Source of the DNA: an uncultured Actinomycetes bacterium
GTDB taxonomy: Bacteria > Actinomycetota > Acidimicrobiia > IMCC26256 > PALSA-610
DNA: 64,000 nucleotides
Assembly: GCA_963745645.1 (NCBI GenBank)
Contig: CAVUYD010000009.1
Location: 78,774 to 142,773 of the forward strand
Reading direction: 5' to 3'
Below, piece by piece: positions 12,619 to 22,914 of this stretch. The stretch's first letter is position 1, and each line of letters opens with the position of its first letter. A model generated the notes under the pieces. The model had not been told where the DNA came from. It was given only the letters and a program-made list of their open reading frames with translations, and did not search any database. Position numbers and translations under genes: made by a program.

Positions 12619-14036
12619 ATGGACCGACTCAGTGGCCTCGATGCGGAGTTCCTTCACCTCGAAGACGGCATCGCGCACCTGCACATCGCCGGCGTGTCGG
12701 TGTTCGAAGGGCCGCCACCGCCCGCCGACCGTGTAGAACAGCTCCTCGGGGCGAAGCTCGACAGCATCCCGCGCTATCGCCAGCGCGTTCGTTTCGCGCC
12801 GTTCGAGCTCGGCCGGCCCGTGTGGGTCGACGATCCGCACTTCAACCTCTCGTACCACGTGCGGCGCACCGCGTTGCCGGCACCGGGCGGCGATGCCGAG
12901 CTCTGCGCGTTGATGGCCCGCCTCATGTCGCAACCGCTCGACCGAGCGCGGCCGCTCTGGGAGACGTGGGTCGTCGAGGGGCTCTCCGACGACCGATGGG
13001 CGCTCATCTGCAAGATCCACCACTGCATGGTCGACGGCATCTCGGGCGTCGATCTCCTCACCGTGCTCCTCGACGTCCAGCGCGAAACCGACATTCCCGA
13101 GTTCGAACCGTGGACGCCGGCGCCGACGCCGTCGGGGCTCGCGGTGGTGCTCGACGCTTGGGGCGGCCTCGCATTCGACCTCGCCGGCCTCGCGGTGGCG
13201 GTCCCCCTCCGCCGTCCGCAACTGGGCGAACACGTTGCGCGGTGGCGCGAGACACCGGCGCCGGACTCGTCGGCCTCGGCCGCCATCTGGCCGCGACGGC
13301 ACCGCTTTCGATCGAGGGCACGATCGGGCCGCACCGCGTCTGGGCCCACGCATCGGCCGCGATCGACGACGTGCGCGCCATCCGAGCAGCGTTCGACGGA
13401 ACCCTGAACGACGTGGTCCTCGCCGCAGTCGCGGGCGGGTACCGAGAGTTGTTGCTCAGCCGCGGCGAGGATGCTGATGACGCGGTCGTGCGCACGCTCG
13501 TTCCGGTCTCGCTCCGCGGCGCGGACGTGCGCGGCGTGCTCGACAACCGGGTTTCGGCGATGCTCCTCGAATTGCCCGTGCACATCGCCGACCCGGTCGA
13601 ACGCCTGCGGTCGGTGAGTGAGCAGATGCGCGACCTCAAGCGATCGCACATGGCCGAGGCCGGTGGCGTCGTCACCGCGGCAGGAGACTTCCTACCACCC
13701 ATGATCGTCGGGACTGTGACCCGGTTCGCGAGCCACGTGATCCACCGGTTGCCACAGCGCTCGGTCAACACCGTGACCACGAACGTGCCCGGGCCCCAGT
13801 TTCCGTTGTATTGCCTCGGCCGCGAGATGCTGGCGTACTACCCCTACGTGCCGATCGCGCACGGCGTGCGGATCGGTACCGCGATCCTCTCGTACAACGG
13901 TCAGCTCGCGTTCGGAGTCACCGGCGACTTCGACACCGCGCGTGACGTCGGCATGCTCGCCGACGCCATCGCCGACGGCATCCAGCAACTCCTTGATGCG
14001 TCGCTCCACGCCGACGTGCAACCGAGCTCGAACTGA
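12619..14036 (+). CDS. Wax ester synthase / diacylglycerol acyltransferase (WS/DGAT), frameshift near 13230
   Basis: MDRLSGLDAEFL, LDRARPLWE, KIHHCMVDG (HHxxxDG), TNVPGP. Confidence 0.94.
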
Positions 14037-14045
14037 CCGATGGGA

Positions 14046-16126
14046 TCAGTCGAACCGCCCGCCGTCTGCGTGCCACGCCGTACCGTCGAAGAACGAGAGC
14101 GTGCCGTCCTGGCCGTGCGCGTACGCGCCACCTCCGACTGAAGTCGGCGAGTCCGCGATTGCTCCACCGACGTTCGTGTACGTCCATCCCGTCGACGAGG
14201 CGGTGAACCTCCCCAGGGCACCGTCGCTCGTGCGCGCGTGGACGATCGCGAATCCCCCAGACACCGATGCGCTCGGGCTCCCGGCGAACCGGTCGGTCAT
14301 GCGTGCCGGTCCGAGCCGATCCCACTTCCAGGGTCCGTCGTTCAAGGACGACGCGGCCCAGATCCGATCGTCCTGCGCCACTACGAAGACCTGCCGAGTC
14401 GTACCGGCGAAGACCGCGTGGCCAGCGCGGTGGGGAAGTCCGACGCGGTACCGCCGACGAAGTCCTCGGCAACGCCCGAGTCCGACCGGCGAATGTGATG
14501 GATCGCGCGGTCGAACCCCCTCACGAAGATGTCGATCCGGCCGGGGCCGGAGAGCAACGCGGGTTGGCCGAGCCCTCGCGTCGCGCTCACGTGCTCCGTG
14601 CTGACGCCGGTTCCGTTCCACCACCAATGGAACGGGGTGTAGTCGATGCCGAGTGCGACAACGTCGAAGCCTCCGGACGTCGTGCTCGCGGCCACTGGGT
14701 CGGTGATGATCACACCGCCCATCGATGTCGTCGTCCAGCCGCTCGTGCCGACGAACGCGCGCATCAAGCGGTTGCTCGTGTCCCGGTAGAACACGTTGAG
14801 GGGCTCGCTGCCACCTCCGACCGCGGCGGGCGTGCCGAGCATCGGTAGACCCGTGTCCTCCCACCCGGACGGGCTCGAGCGCCACAGGTTCCCGTTCATC
14901 CCCCGCACGAATGCCTCGGCCGGCGATCCCGCGGCGACCGTCCGCCGGTCTTCGTTGAGCCCGGCGAGGATGACGTTCGCGATGTTGCTCCACGAGATCA
15001 TGTGCGCGGGTGCCGATTCGTCCACCTCGAGGCGGAACGAGCCGGACGGCAACGTCGCGATCGTGCTGCGGATGCGCCACTCGTCGCTGTGTGTCGCCCG
15101 GTCGAACGACATCCCCGTCAGGTCGGCCCGATGGAACTGCTCACCGAAGCAGCAGTCGTCTCGACGATTGAGCACCTGCACCTGCCGGCGACCCGCCCCG
15201 TACGAACCCATGACCTGCAGGTCCGGATACCCGGCGATCGAGTAGAAGGGCGTGAGGTTCTGCTCCGTGTCGCCCTCCGACGCCGGAAACCGCAAGTACA
15301 ACGGCAGCGATCCGGCGACCGGGAAGCTGAGCTTGATCCGCGGGTCGATCGCGGCGTACACGACGGTTGTCCAGCCGCCACCCGACAGTCCGATCATGCT
15401 GTAGTCCCGGTACTGCGGGAACTGATCGGCTGTGGCCCGCGTCTGCAGGTAGTTGAGACCGACGGCGACGGGCTCCAGGAAGAACTTCATCACGCTGCCT
15501 TCGGTATGGAGCGTTTGGAACATCTCGTCGTGCGTCGGGTGACCACAGTCGTCCGGCAGCTGATCGTTGATGTGCTGCATGTAGACCGCGAGCACGGAGT
15601 AGCCGTCGGACAGAAGTGCATTGATCGTGCGCTGCATGCCGTAGCCGTCGTCGGTCAGCGCGGTGCTGTCGTTGAACGTGCACGCGTGACCTTGCTGGAG
15701 AACGACGAGACGGTTCGTCTTCCGGTCGTGAGGGATGAAGTGGTGCGCGATGCCGACCTGCCCGGCGTCCATCGCGATGTGGAGTGTGTCCACTCGCTCG
15801 AGGTTCGTCAGCCCTCCGACCGGACTCGTCACGTTCTGGTCGACGGACGCCGGAAGCTTCGCGGACGGGAAACCGGCCGCGCCCCAGATGAAATGGATCA
15901 GTTGGTCACGCCGGGCTGTGACGTCGGCGGCCGAGTGGATCGTGATCGCGCAGTCGTTGACGATCGCCTGCCCGTCGGCGAACGTCGACGTCGGTTGGTA
16001 GAGCGCGCTCGGGCACGGTTTCGGCGCGAATCGCACTTCGCAGCCCGTGAGCGCCGTTCCGGCGAGGCACACGACGACCGCGACCAGCACCGATCGCTTG
16101 GCGTACCCAGGAACGCGACGCGGCAT
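14046..16126 (-). CDS. Lipoprotein: alpha/beta-hydrolase-like domain plus C-terminal Trp-rich lectin-like beta-propeller repeats (frameshift near 14420)
   Basis: Lipobox ALTGC, GLSGGGWTT (GxSxG), repeats such as FVRGMNGNLW..GWEDTG and GWTTTSMGGVIITDP. Confidence 0.7.
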
Positions 16127-16230
16127 CGAGAGTCCCTCCCGCACGAACGGGCGAATGCATCGAGTGTCGCCACTTCTCGGTCAGGCGGGAAGGGCCGAAA
16201 GTCCGTACGGCGACGAAGACCGGCGTGCCG

Positions 16231-17181
16231 TCAGGAGAGGTAGCCGAAGAAGTCGGTCCACGCGTCGTCGAGACGGAAGTCGTCGCGCGGAACGTCGGCC
16301 GGCCCCCGTCGGACGGACACCCAATCGCTGTCGACGCTGACGTCCGCGATGAGGTCCGGTCGCGTGGCGCAGATCATCGTCAACTCCACGGCGAGGTCGG
16401 CGAGCGGACGGCTGCGGCCGATCGCGACACCGTCGAGCGAACCCGCGTCGGCGGCACTGGCCGCTTCGACGATGCGCTCGAACAAGGTGCGCGGGATGTC
16501 GCCGCCGTGCTGGCCCACGGAAGCGGCAGACATCGTCGCGACGACGTCGGACGGGAGCTCGTGGTTCGGCGCGTTGAGGATGTGGAGCACCTGATTGACG
16601 ACCGCGACCCGCTCCATCAAGTCGGCATCGGCCGGGAGCACACGCGCGAGATGTGCGGCGGCGATGCACTCCGAGCTCCAGTCCTCCAAGACGTAGAGGC
16701 CACCCGGACGCAGCCGCGGGAACAGCACCTCGAACGAGGTGCGGGTCGGACCGAGCACGTGCGAGGCATCGTCGATCACGAGGTCGATGCCCCCGCTCGG
16801 GAGTCGAGCGTCGACGAGCTCGGTCAAGGCCGTACGGTCGCCCTGGTCCAGACCGAACGTCGCGACGAGACGGTCACGCAGGTTCTCGGCGGCGATGAGC
16901 TCGGCGAGCAACGGCGGGATCTCACCCTCGAGGTCGATCGCCAAGAACAGTTCGGGATCGGCGACAAGCGCGATGAGCGCGGTCGAGCCACCGTCTTTGA
17001 TGCCCAGCTCGACGATGCGGCGGGGTGACTCGTCTACGAGCAGCTGCAGATAGCGCCGCACCATCGCGGGTGTCTTGACGATCACGAACGTGTCGTCGAC
17101 GCGGCCGAACGGCACCGCAGTCGCGACGAACCGATGGTCCCGGACAACAAGGTGCGTTTCGTCGACCCACGCGACCTGCAT
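16231..17181 (-). CDS. Class I SAM-dependent methyltransferase (CmcI/Methyltransf_24-like)
   Basis: IVELGIKDGGST, IDLVIDDASH, LRPGGLYVLEDW. Confidence 0.85.
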   Translation of the reverse strand: MQVAWVDETHLVVRDHRFVATAVPFGRVDDTFVIVKTPAMVRRYLQLLVDESPRRIVELGIKDGGSTALIALVADPELFLAIDLEGEIPPLLAELIAAENLRDRLVATFGLDQGDRTALTELVDARLPSGGIDLVIDDASHVLGPTRTSFEVLFPRLRPGGLYVLEDWSSECIAAAHLARVLPADADLMERVAVVNQVLHILNAPNHELPSDVVATMSAASVGQHGGDIPRTLFERIVEAASAADAGSLDGVAIGRSRPLADLAVELTMICATRPDLIADVSVDSDWVSVRRGPADVPRDDFRLDDAWTDFFGYLS

Positions 17182-17324
17182 GCAACAACCCTCCAATGAA
17201 TCGGTCGCTCAACCTATTCCGGAGCGCGCGCGGCGCGCCCACGAGGTTCGTCCGCTTCAGCGGGCCGCATCACCTGCGTCGTTGGTCGCGAGGGGATGAG
17301 CGGTCAGTGGTCGTGACGCTTCAG

Positions 17325-17573
17325 TCAGACGTGACCGTCCGCGGTGATGACCATGTCGCCCGGCCCGTCGGCACTCGGCGGGTCGGGCATGAACTCGAGC
17401 AGCCACCGACCGGTCTCCACCAGGTCGTGACGGAACAGCAGCTTCTGCACCTCGGCCATCTGCTCGCGGGTCCCGCCGTCGGGCGGCGGCTCGTGACCGT
17501 GCCGGGCCCGGCGCAGGCGATGGACGAGCGCTCGCCGGTTGACCAGGCCGAGGTACTTCGCTTCCTCGTCCAC
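17325..17573 (-). CDS. Small hypothetical protein (82 aa)
   Basis: GGAGG just upstream of GTG; typical GC3 codon usage. Confidence 0.55.
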   Translation of the reverse strand: MDEEAKYLGLVNRRALVHRLRRARHGHEPPPDGGTREQMAEVQKLLFRHDLVETGRWLLEFMPDPPSADGPGDMVITADGHV

Positions 17574-17767
17574 ACAGACCTCCGAGCGGTCGGTGCGACC
17601 GCACCGGAAGCGTGGGCGCGCGAAGCGGGGGGCCGCTTCGGCTCAGTCAGCCCCCCGCCTCCTGGCATACGGACTGCCGCCCCCGAGTGGGTCACCGGCG
17701 GCATCCGTGCCGCTGACGTTCGTCTTACACCCGCCGCCTCGACCGGCGCCACCGGGACGCGCCGGAA

Positions 17768-18519
17768 TCAGCGCGCGATGGCAACGAGCTGGAGCTGCTC
17801 GAGCGGTCCGGTGACGGAGGTCTCGACGACCTCGCCGATGCCGCGCACGTAGAACTTGTTGTCGATGACGCCCGGCTCGAGCGCGGTCGTCTCCTCGGTC
17901 TTCAAGGCGTGGCGGAACGATCCGTACGGCACGGTGACACGAGCCCGCGCGACAGCACGCGGAACTGGTCCTCGGCGTGCCCGGCGTACCACTCCTGCCG
18001 GAAGCGCCGGCCGATCTGCGGATGCGCTTGCATGTAGACGCCCGGCTGCGCGCCGTCGACGCCGGCGCGGAAGCTGCCTTCGGTGTCCGTGAGGTTGCCC
18101 CGGTCGTCGCGCGCGACCGTGTCCTCGCCGAAGTACCACACGTTGCCGGCGTCGTCCTCCGCGTAGTAGTCGTACGTGCGCTCGTCGAGCGTGCCGGCGA
18201 GGAAGAGCCGATCGAACACGACCCGCGTCCGCACTCCGTCGACGAGCATCGTCCGGTCGGTGATCGTGAACAGCTCGCGTGCGGCTTCACCGTCCTTGGT
18301 GCCGGTGTAGGTGTACGTGGTTCCGGGCTCGAGCGGGAACCACGGGTTGTCGACGTCCGGGCCGAAGTCCTTCGGATCGATCGCGGGGTGGTACTGCGCT
18401 CCCGGTCCGAAGCGCGGCAGCCCGGGCACGTGGCACGCGTCAGCTGCAGCCGACGACAGGGTCAACACCGCCGCCGCGACGACGGGAATGGTCAGCAGCT
18501 TGTGGACGCTCGCGTTCAT
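17768..18519 (-). CDS. Secreted conserved hypothetical protein (frameshift near 17945)
   Basis: Signal peptide; VDNPWFPLEPGTTYTY, DYYAEDDAGNVWYFGE, GSFRAGVDGAQPG, KFYVRGIGEV; GGAGG RBS. Confidence 0.75.
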
Positions 18520-18612
18520 GCGGTCCTCCGTGCGATCGACAGCGCGCTGAGTGTGTGCACCGTCGACCGAACGCCCGCTGAAGCGCGACGGGAGGCCTTC
18601 AGTCGTCGCGAT

Positions 18613-18761
18613 CGCGACGGGAAGTGAAGCAAAGAGAGCCGAGGCTCGGGTGGGCTGAGGACAGGAACGCACACGGGCGGTGCACACGTTCCCTCGAGTT
18701 CTCGAACCCCGTTCGATCCTCGAACGTAGGCTCCCGGCTCCCTTTGCTTCTCCGTACCGCG
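18613..18761 (-). ncRNA. Candidate structured RNA (16-bp closing stem enclosing two hairpins)
   Basis: 18626-18641 pairs with 18735-18750 (16/16 on the minus strand including one G-U); inner stems GGAACG/CGTTCC and TCGAAC/GTTCGA. Confidence 0.4.
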
Positions 18762-18991
18762 ACGCCGGAAGTGCGGGGCCACCGGCAACGCAGCAGGTCT
18801 CGCGGCCCTGGGTCTGGGGACCTGGCGCCCGGATCGGGCGTCCGATGCGTTCACCGTACGCGGACCGGCACGTGAGAGCAACGACCGTTCCGACGGCTCA
18901 CTCCGCGTCGTTCGGCGCGACGGCAGCGGGTGGGTAAGGCTGCGGGGGAGCGCGCCGGAGTGCGCGCCCCGATCGACCCAGTGGAGCAGGT

Positions 18992-19237
18992 GTGACCGAC
19001 TACGAGATCCCGAAGCCCGAGCCCAAGGAGATCGACGAGAAGAACTGGCTCGAGTTCAAGCACATGGCCGAGCGAGCGGTCCTGAAGGGTGAGCCCTACG
19101 GCGCCGAGAAGTGCGAGAACTGCCTCTACTACCTCAACCCGCTCGAGTCGCTCTCGTACTGCTGGCACCCGCAGCTCCGGATCCTCGTGGGCGCCGAGTG
19201 GTGGTGCCAGTGGTGGGAGAAGATCGAGGACGAGTGA
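18992..19237 (+). CDS. HiPIP-like (high-potential 4Fe-4S) protein without a signal peptide
   Basis: EKCENCLYY-x-SYC-x-VGAEWWCQWW matches the HiPIP Cys/aromatic pattern; GGAG RBS. Confidence 0.7.
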   Translation: MTDYEIPKPEPKEIDEKNWLEFKHMAERAVLKGEPYGAEKCENCLYYLNPLESLSYCWHPQLRILVGAEWWCQWWEKIEDE

Positions 19238-19424
19238 CCGGCGCGCCCGTGTCGTGACGGGGCGGGTTGCGTACGTCGGCGGCAGATCGCCCGATCCGAG
19301 GTGCCCTGAATGACCGACGACGACCCGACACCCGACGGTGACCTCCCGACGCCCGAGGACGCCGAGGCCGCGAAGGAAGACCGCTCCCGCTGACCGTCGG
19401 CGCGCGGCCCGATGAAGATTTTCG

Positions 19425-19451
19425 GGAACCGAACGCCGCACCCGCGACGTC
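19425..19451 (+). promoter_or_regulatory. Putative ECF sigma factor promoter
   Basis: GGAACC-N17-CGTC about 50 nt upstream of the DUF2330 gene. Confidence 0.45.
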
Positions 19452-19502
19452 CAACTCTTCGACCGGCGCACAAGTCGTTGTTGCCGGCTCGAGGGGGTTC
19501 CC

Positions 19503-20573
19503 ATGTCACGGGGTTTGGTTCGACGCGCCCGCTTGTCGTTGGGTGTGATCGCGGCGGGGATCACGGGCGCGTTGCTCGCGGTCGGTCCGGCCGCCGCGTG
19601 CGGCGGGTTGGTCGGTGAGAACGGGACGATCTCGCTCGTGCGCACCACCACGCTCGCGGCGTATCACGACGGCGTGGAGCGGTACGTCACGTCGTTCGAG
19701 TTCAGTGGCGAGGGCAAGGAGGTCGGCTCCATCGTCCCGCTGCCGGACGTGCCGACGAAGGTCGAGCGCGGCGGCGACTGGACGTTGCAACGGCTCGAGC
19801 GCGAAGTCGCGCCGCCGGCGGCGGCACGCTTCGCGGAGGACTCTGCGCTGAGTGCTGCGGGCACCGCGCAAGTGATCCTCGAGACCAAGATCGACGCGCT
19901 CGACATCACGATCCTCAAGGGCGGCGGCGACGAGGTCGGCGCGTGGGCGTTGCAGCACGGGTTCTTCTTGTCGCCCGACGCGCCGGAGGTGCTCGACTTC
20001 TACAGCCGGCGCAGTCCGATCTTCATGGCCGCCCGGTTCGACGCGGCGCGCGCCAGCGCGCTCGGTCAGCAAGCAGGCGACGGCACGCCGATCATGCTCA
20101 CCATCCCGACGGACGAGCCGTGGGTGCCGTTGCGGATCCTTGGCCTCGGTCTCGATCGCACCAAGGTCGTGGAAGCGGACGTGTTCCTGCTCACCGACGA
20201 CCAGCCGAAGATGCTGGCTGGCGGGCCCGGCCTCAGCATCCAGCGCGACGAGCGTGCATCGGATTCGCTGCTGACCGACCTGCGTTCGGATGTCGGCATG
20301 GAGTGGGTGCCGAACTCGATGTGGTTCACCTACCTGCGGCTGAATGTCGACGCCGGCGACCTCGACTACGACCTCGCGCTCTCTGCGCACCCGGCGCAGC
20401 TGCCGACGCTCGAGGACGCGGGTGTCGACGCCAAGCAGGCGCAGGTCCTGTCGGCGGAGAGCGGCCGGGTCTGGTGGCCGGTCGTGGTCGGCGTGCTGGC
20501 GGCGAGCGCGACCGCGATCGCACTGGGTGTCGTCGCCGGGCGCAAGCGCGAGCGCCTGGGTGGCTTCCGATGA
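19503..20573 (+). CDS. DUF2330-like exported protein with C-terminal membrane anchor
   Basis: Signal peptide ending AAACGG, SIVPLPDVP, WALQHGF, LDFY, PWVPLR, C-terminal TM. Confidence 0.75.
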   Translation: MSRGLVRRARLSLGVIAAGITGALLAVGPAAACGGLVGENGTISLVRTTTLAAYHDGVERYVTSFEFSGEGKEVGSIVPLPDVPTKVERGGDWTLQRLEREVAPPAAARFAEDSALSAAGTAQVILETKIDALDITILKGGGDEVGAWALQHGFFLSPDAPEVLDFYSRRSPIFMAARFDAARASALGQQAGDGTPIMLTIPTDEPWVPLRILGLGLDRTKVVEADVFLLTDDQPKMLAGGPGLSIQRDERASDSLLTDLRSDVGMEWVPNSMWFTYLRLNVDAGDLDYDLALSAHPAQLPTLEDAGVDAKQAQVLSAESGRVWWPVVVGVLAASATAIALGVVAGRKRERLGGFR

Positions 20574-21046
20574 GCCGGATGCTCCGCGCCGTCATCGTGG
20601 GAGCGGTGCTCGTGACGACGACCGGACTCGGCTACGTGCTCGCCGCGAAGCCCGCGACCGCGGCGCCGGCGCTCGGCCCGGGCTTGGTGACGGTGGACGT
20701 CGACATCCAGTACAGCCGGTTCCACCTCGACGCGATGCGCGTGCAACAAGGCACGACGGTGCGGTTCGTCGTGCGCAACCACGACCCGATCAACCACGAG
20801 TTCGTCGTCGGTGACGACGCCGTGCACGCACGGCACGAGCACGGAACCGAAGCGCGGCATCCACCGGTGCCCGGTGAGGTGTCCGTCAACGCGCAGGACG
20901 TCGGTGTGACGTTCTACAAGTTCGACAAACCAGGGGAGTTCTTGTACGCGTGCCATCTCCCGGGACATCTCGCGTACGGCATGTTCGGCAATATCACTGT
21001 TGTGCCGCGCTCGCAGCCGGCTGGACGGTCGGCAGCCGCCGGCTGA
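20570..21046 (+). CDS. Cupredoxin (plastocyanin/azurin-like) copper-binding protein
   Basis: NHEF...ACHLPGHLAYGM type-1 Cu ligands; signal peptide; ATGA overlap with the upstream gene. Confidence 0.9.
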   Translation: MSRMLRAVIVGAVLVTTTGLGYVLAAKPATAAPALGPGLVTVDVDIQYSRFHLDAMRVQQGTTVRFVVRNHDPINHEFVVGDDAVHARHEHGTEARHPPVPGEVSVNAQDVGVTFYKFDKPGEFLYACHLPGHLAYGMFGNITVVPRSQPAGRSAAAG

Positions 21047-21222
21047 AGAACGAGCGCGATGAGCGCGGCACCGAGGCCGACGAGCCGTGCGTCCGCGTTC
21101 TCGTCGACGATCGCGACGGACGACACCGTGACACTGCCGAGCTGCGACGCGATCACCGTCGTGCCGACATCCTTGGCGACGGTCGCGATCGACACGTTGA
21201 TCACGGAGCAGTCGAGCGCCAT
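21040..21222 (-). pseudogene. Internally deleted MFS transporter remnant
   Basis: MALDCSVINVSIATVAKDVGTTV (MFS TM1 motif) joined almost directly to a C-terminal-like IVDENADARLVGL..LIALV segment. Confidence 0.55.
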
Positions 21223-21239
21223 CTCTCCCCACCGGGTCA

Positions 21240-22914
21240 TCAGGCCAGGGGTGCGGTGGGCTGGTCGGCGATGATCCGCCCCGCGTCGATCCTCAGCTCG
21301 CGTGTCGTCGTGACCGCTTCGAGGAGGGCGCGGTCGTGCGTCACCAGCAGCACGGTGCCGGTGAACGACGACAGCGCTTGCTCCAACTGCTCGATCGCGG
21401 GCAGGTCGAGGTGGTTCGTCGGTTCGTCGAGCACGAGGCAGTTCACGCCCGAGGCAGTGAAGAGCGCGAGCACCGCGCGCGTGCGCTCGCCCGGCGAGAG
21501 CGTGCGCGCCGGCCGCAGCACGTGCTCCGCGCCGAGGCCGAACTTCGCGAGCGTCGACCGGCAGGTCGAGACATCGTCCCCGGTGGCGCGCTGGAACGCG
21601 CCGAGGAGGTCGTCGTCGCCGGTGAACCGGTCACGCGCCTGGTCGAGCCGGCCGATCACGACCGACGGGCCGACGCGCTGCGTTCCCGATTCGAGCGGGA
21701 GCTCACCGAGCAGGGCGTGCAACAAGGTCGTCTTGCCGCTCCCGTTCGCGCCGAGGATCGCGACGCGTTCGCCGTACGCGATCTCCAGGTCGACCGGACC
21801 GAGCACGAAGTCGCCGCGCTGCACCGTGGCGTGCTCGAGCCGGGCCACGATGTCGCCCCCACGCGGCGCGGACGCGACTTCCATGCGCAGATCCCAGCCG
21901 ACCCAGGGCTTGTCGACGGCGTTGTCCTCGAGTCGTTCGAGCGCGCGGTCGGTCGCCGCGCGCCTTGCCCGCGAGCCGTTCGCTCGATGCGGTGCGGAAG
22001 TGGCGGATGAACTTGTCCTTCTCGCCGCTCTTCTTCACCTTGCTCACGCCTTGCACCGCCCACTCGCGCTGCTGCTGCGCACGGGACGCGAGGCTGCCGC
22101 GCTTGGCTTCGTATGCGTCGTACTCCTCTTGCGCGTGGCGACGTTCGACGTCACGTTCGTCGAGGTAAGCGCGCCAGCCGCCCGCGTAGTAGCGGCTCCG
22201 GTGCGTGTGCTCGTCGAGCTCGAGCACGCCGTCGATGGTGCGATCGAGGAACGCACGGTCGTGGGAGACGATCACGACCCCGCCCGGGAGCTCGGCGAGG
22301 AACGACTCGAGCAGGTCGAGGCCGGCGAAGTCGAGGTCGTTCGTCGGTTCGTCGAGCAGGAACACGTCGAAACGCGAGAGCAGGATCGCTGCGAGCGAGG
22401 CGCGCGCGGCCTGGCCGCCGGACATCGCGGGCATCGGCACGTCGAGCAGACGCTCCGGGAGTCCGACACGCTCGACGGTCGCGGCGGCGCGCACGTCGAA
22501 GTCGGGCGCGCCGAGCGCGAGGTATTGCTCGAGTGCGTGCGCGTATTCGTCGTCGGCGCCCGCGCGGCCTGCGCTCAACGCTTCGGTGGCAGCATCGAAC
22601 GCCGCGACCGCGTCGGTCACGCCCGTGCGCCGGCCGAGAAAGGCGCGCAAGGTCTCGCCGGCGCGACGATCCGGCTCCTGCGGAAGGAAGCCGACGGTCG
22701 CCGCCGGTGGCAGCCGCGACACCGTGCCGCGATCCGGGACGTCGAGGCCGGCGAGCAACCGCAACAGCGTGCTCTTCCCGGTCCCGTTGGGCGCGACGAT
22801 GCCGATGCGGCTGCCGGGCGGCACCGTGACCGAGACCGCGTCGAGCACGACGCGCGGCCCGAACGACTTCGAGACTTCACGAGCGACGAGGGTTGCGGAA
22901 GGAGATTGCGACAC
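21240..22914 (-). CDS. ABC-F family ATP-binding protein (frameshifted)
   Basis: Two NBDs (APNGTGKS, GANGSGKT), MSGGQ/LSPGE, LLDEPTNDLD/LDEPTNHLD, VSHDR, no TM segments. Confidence 0.93.
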
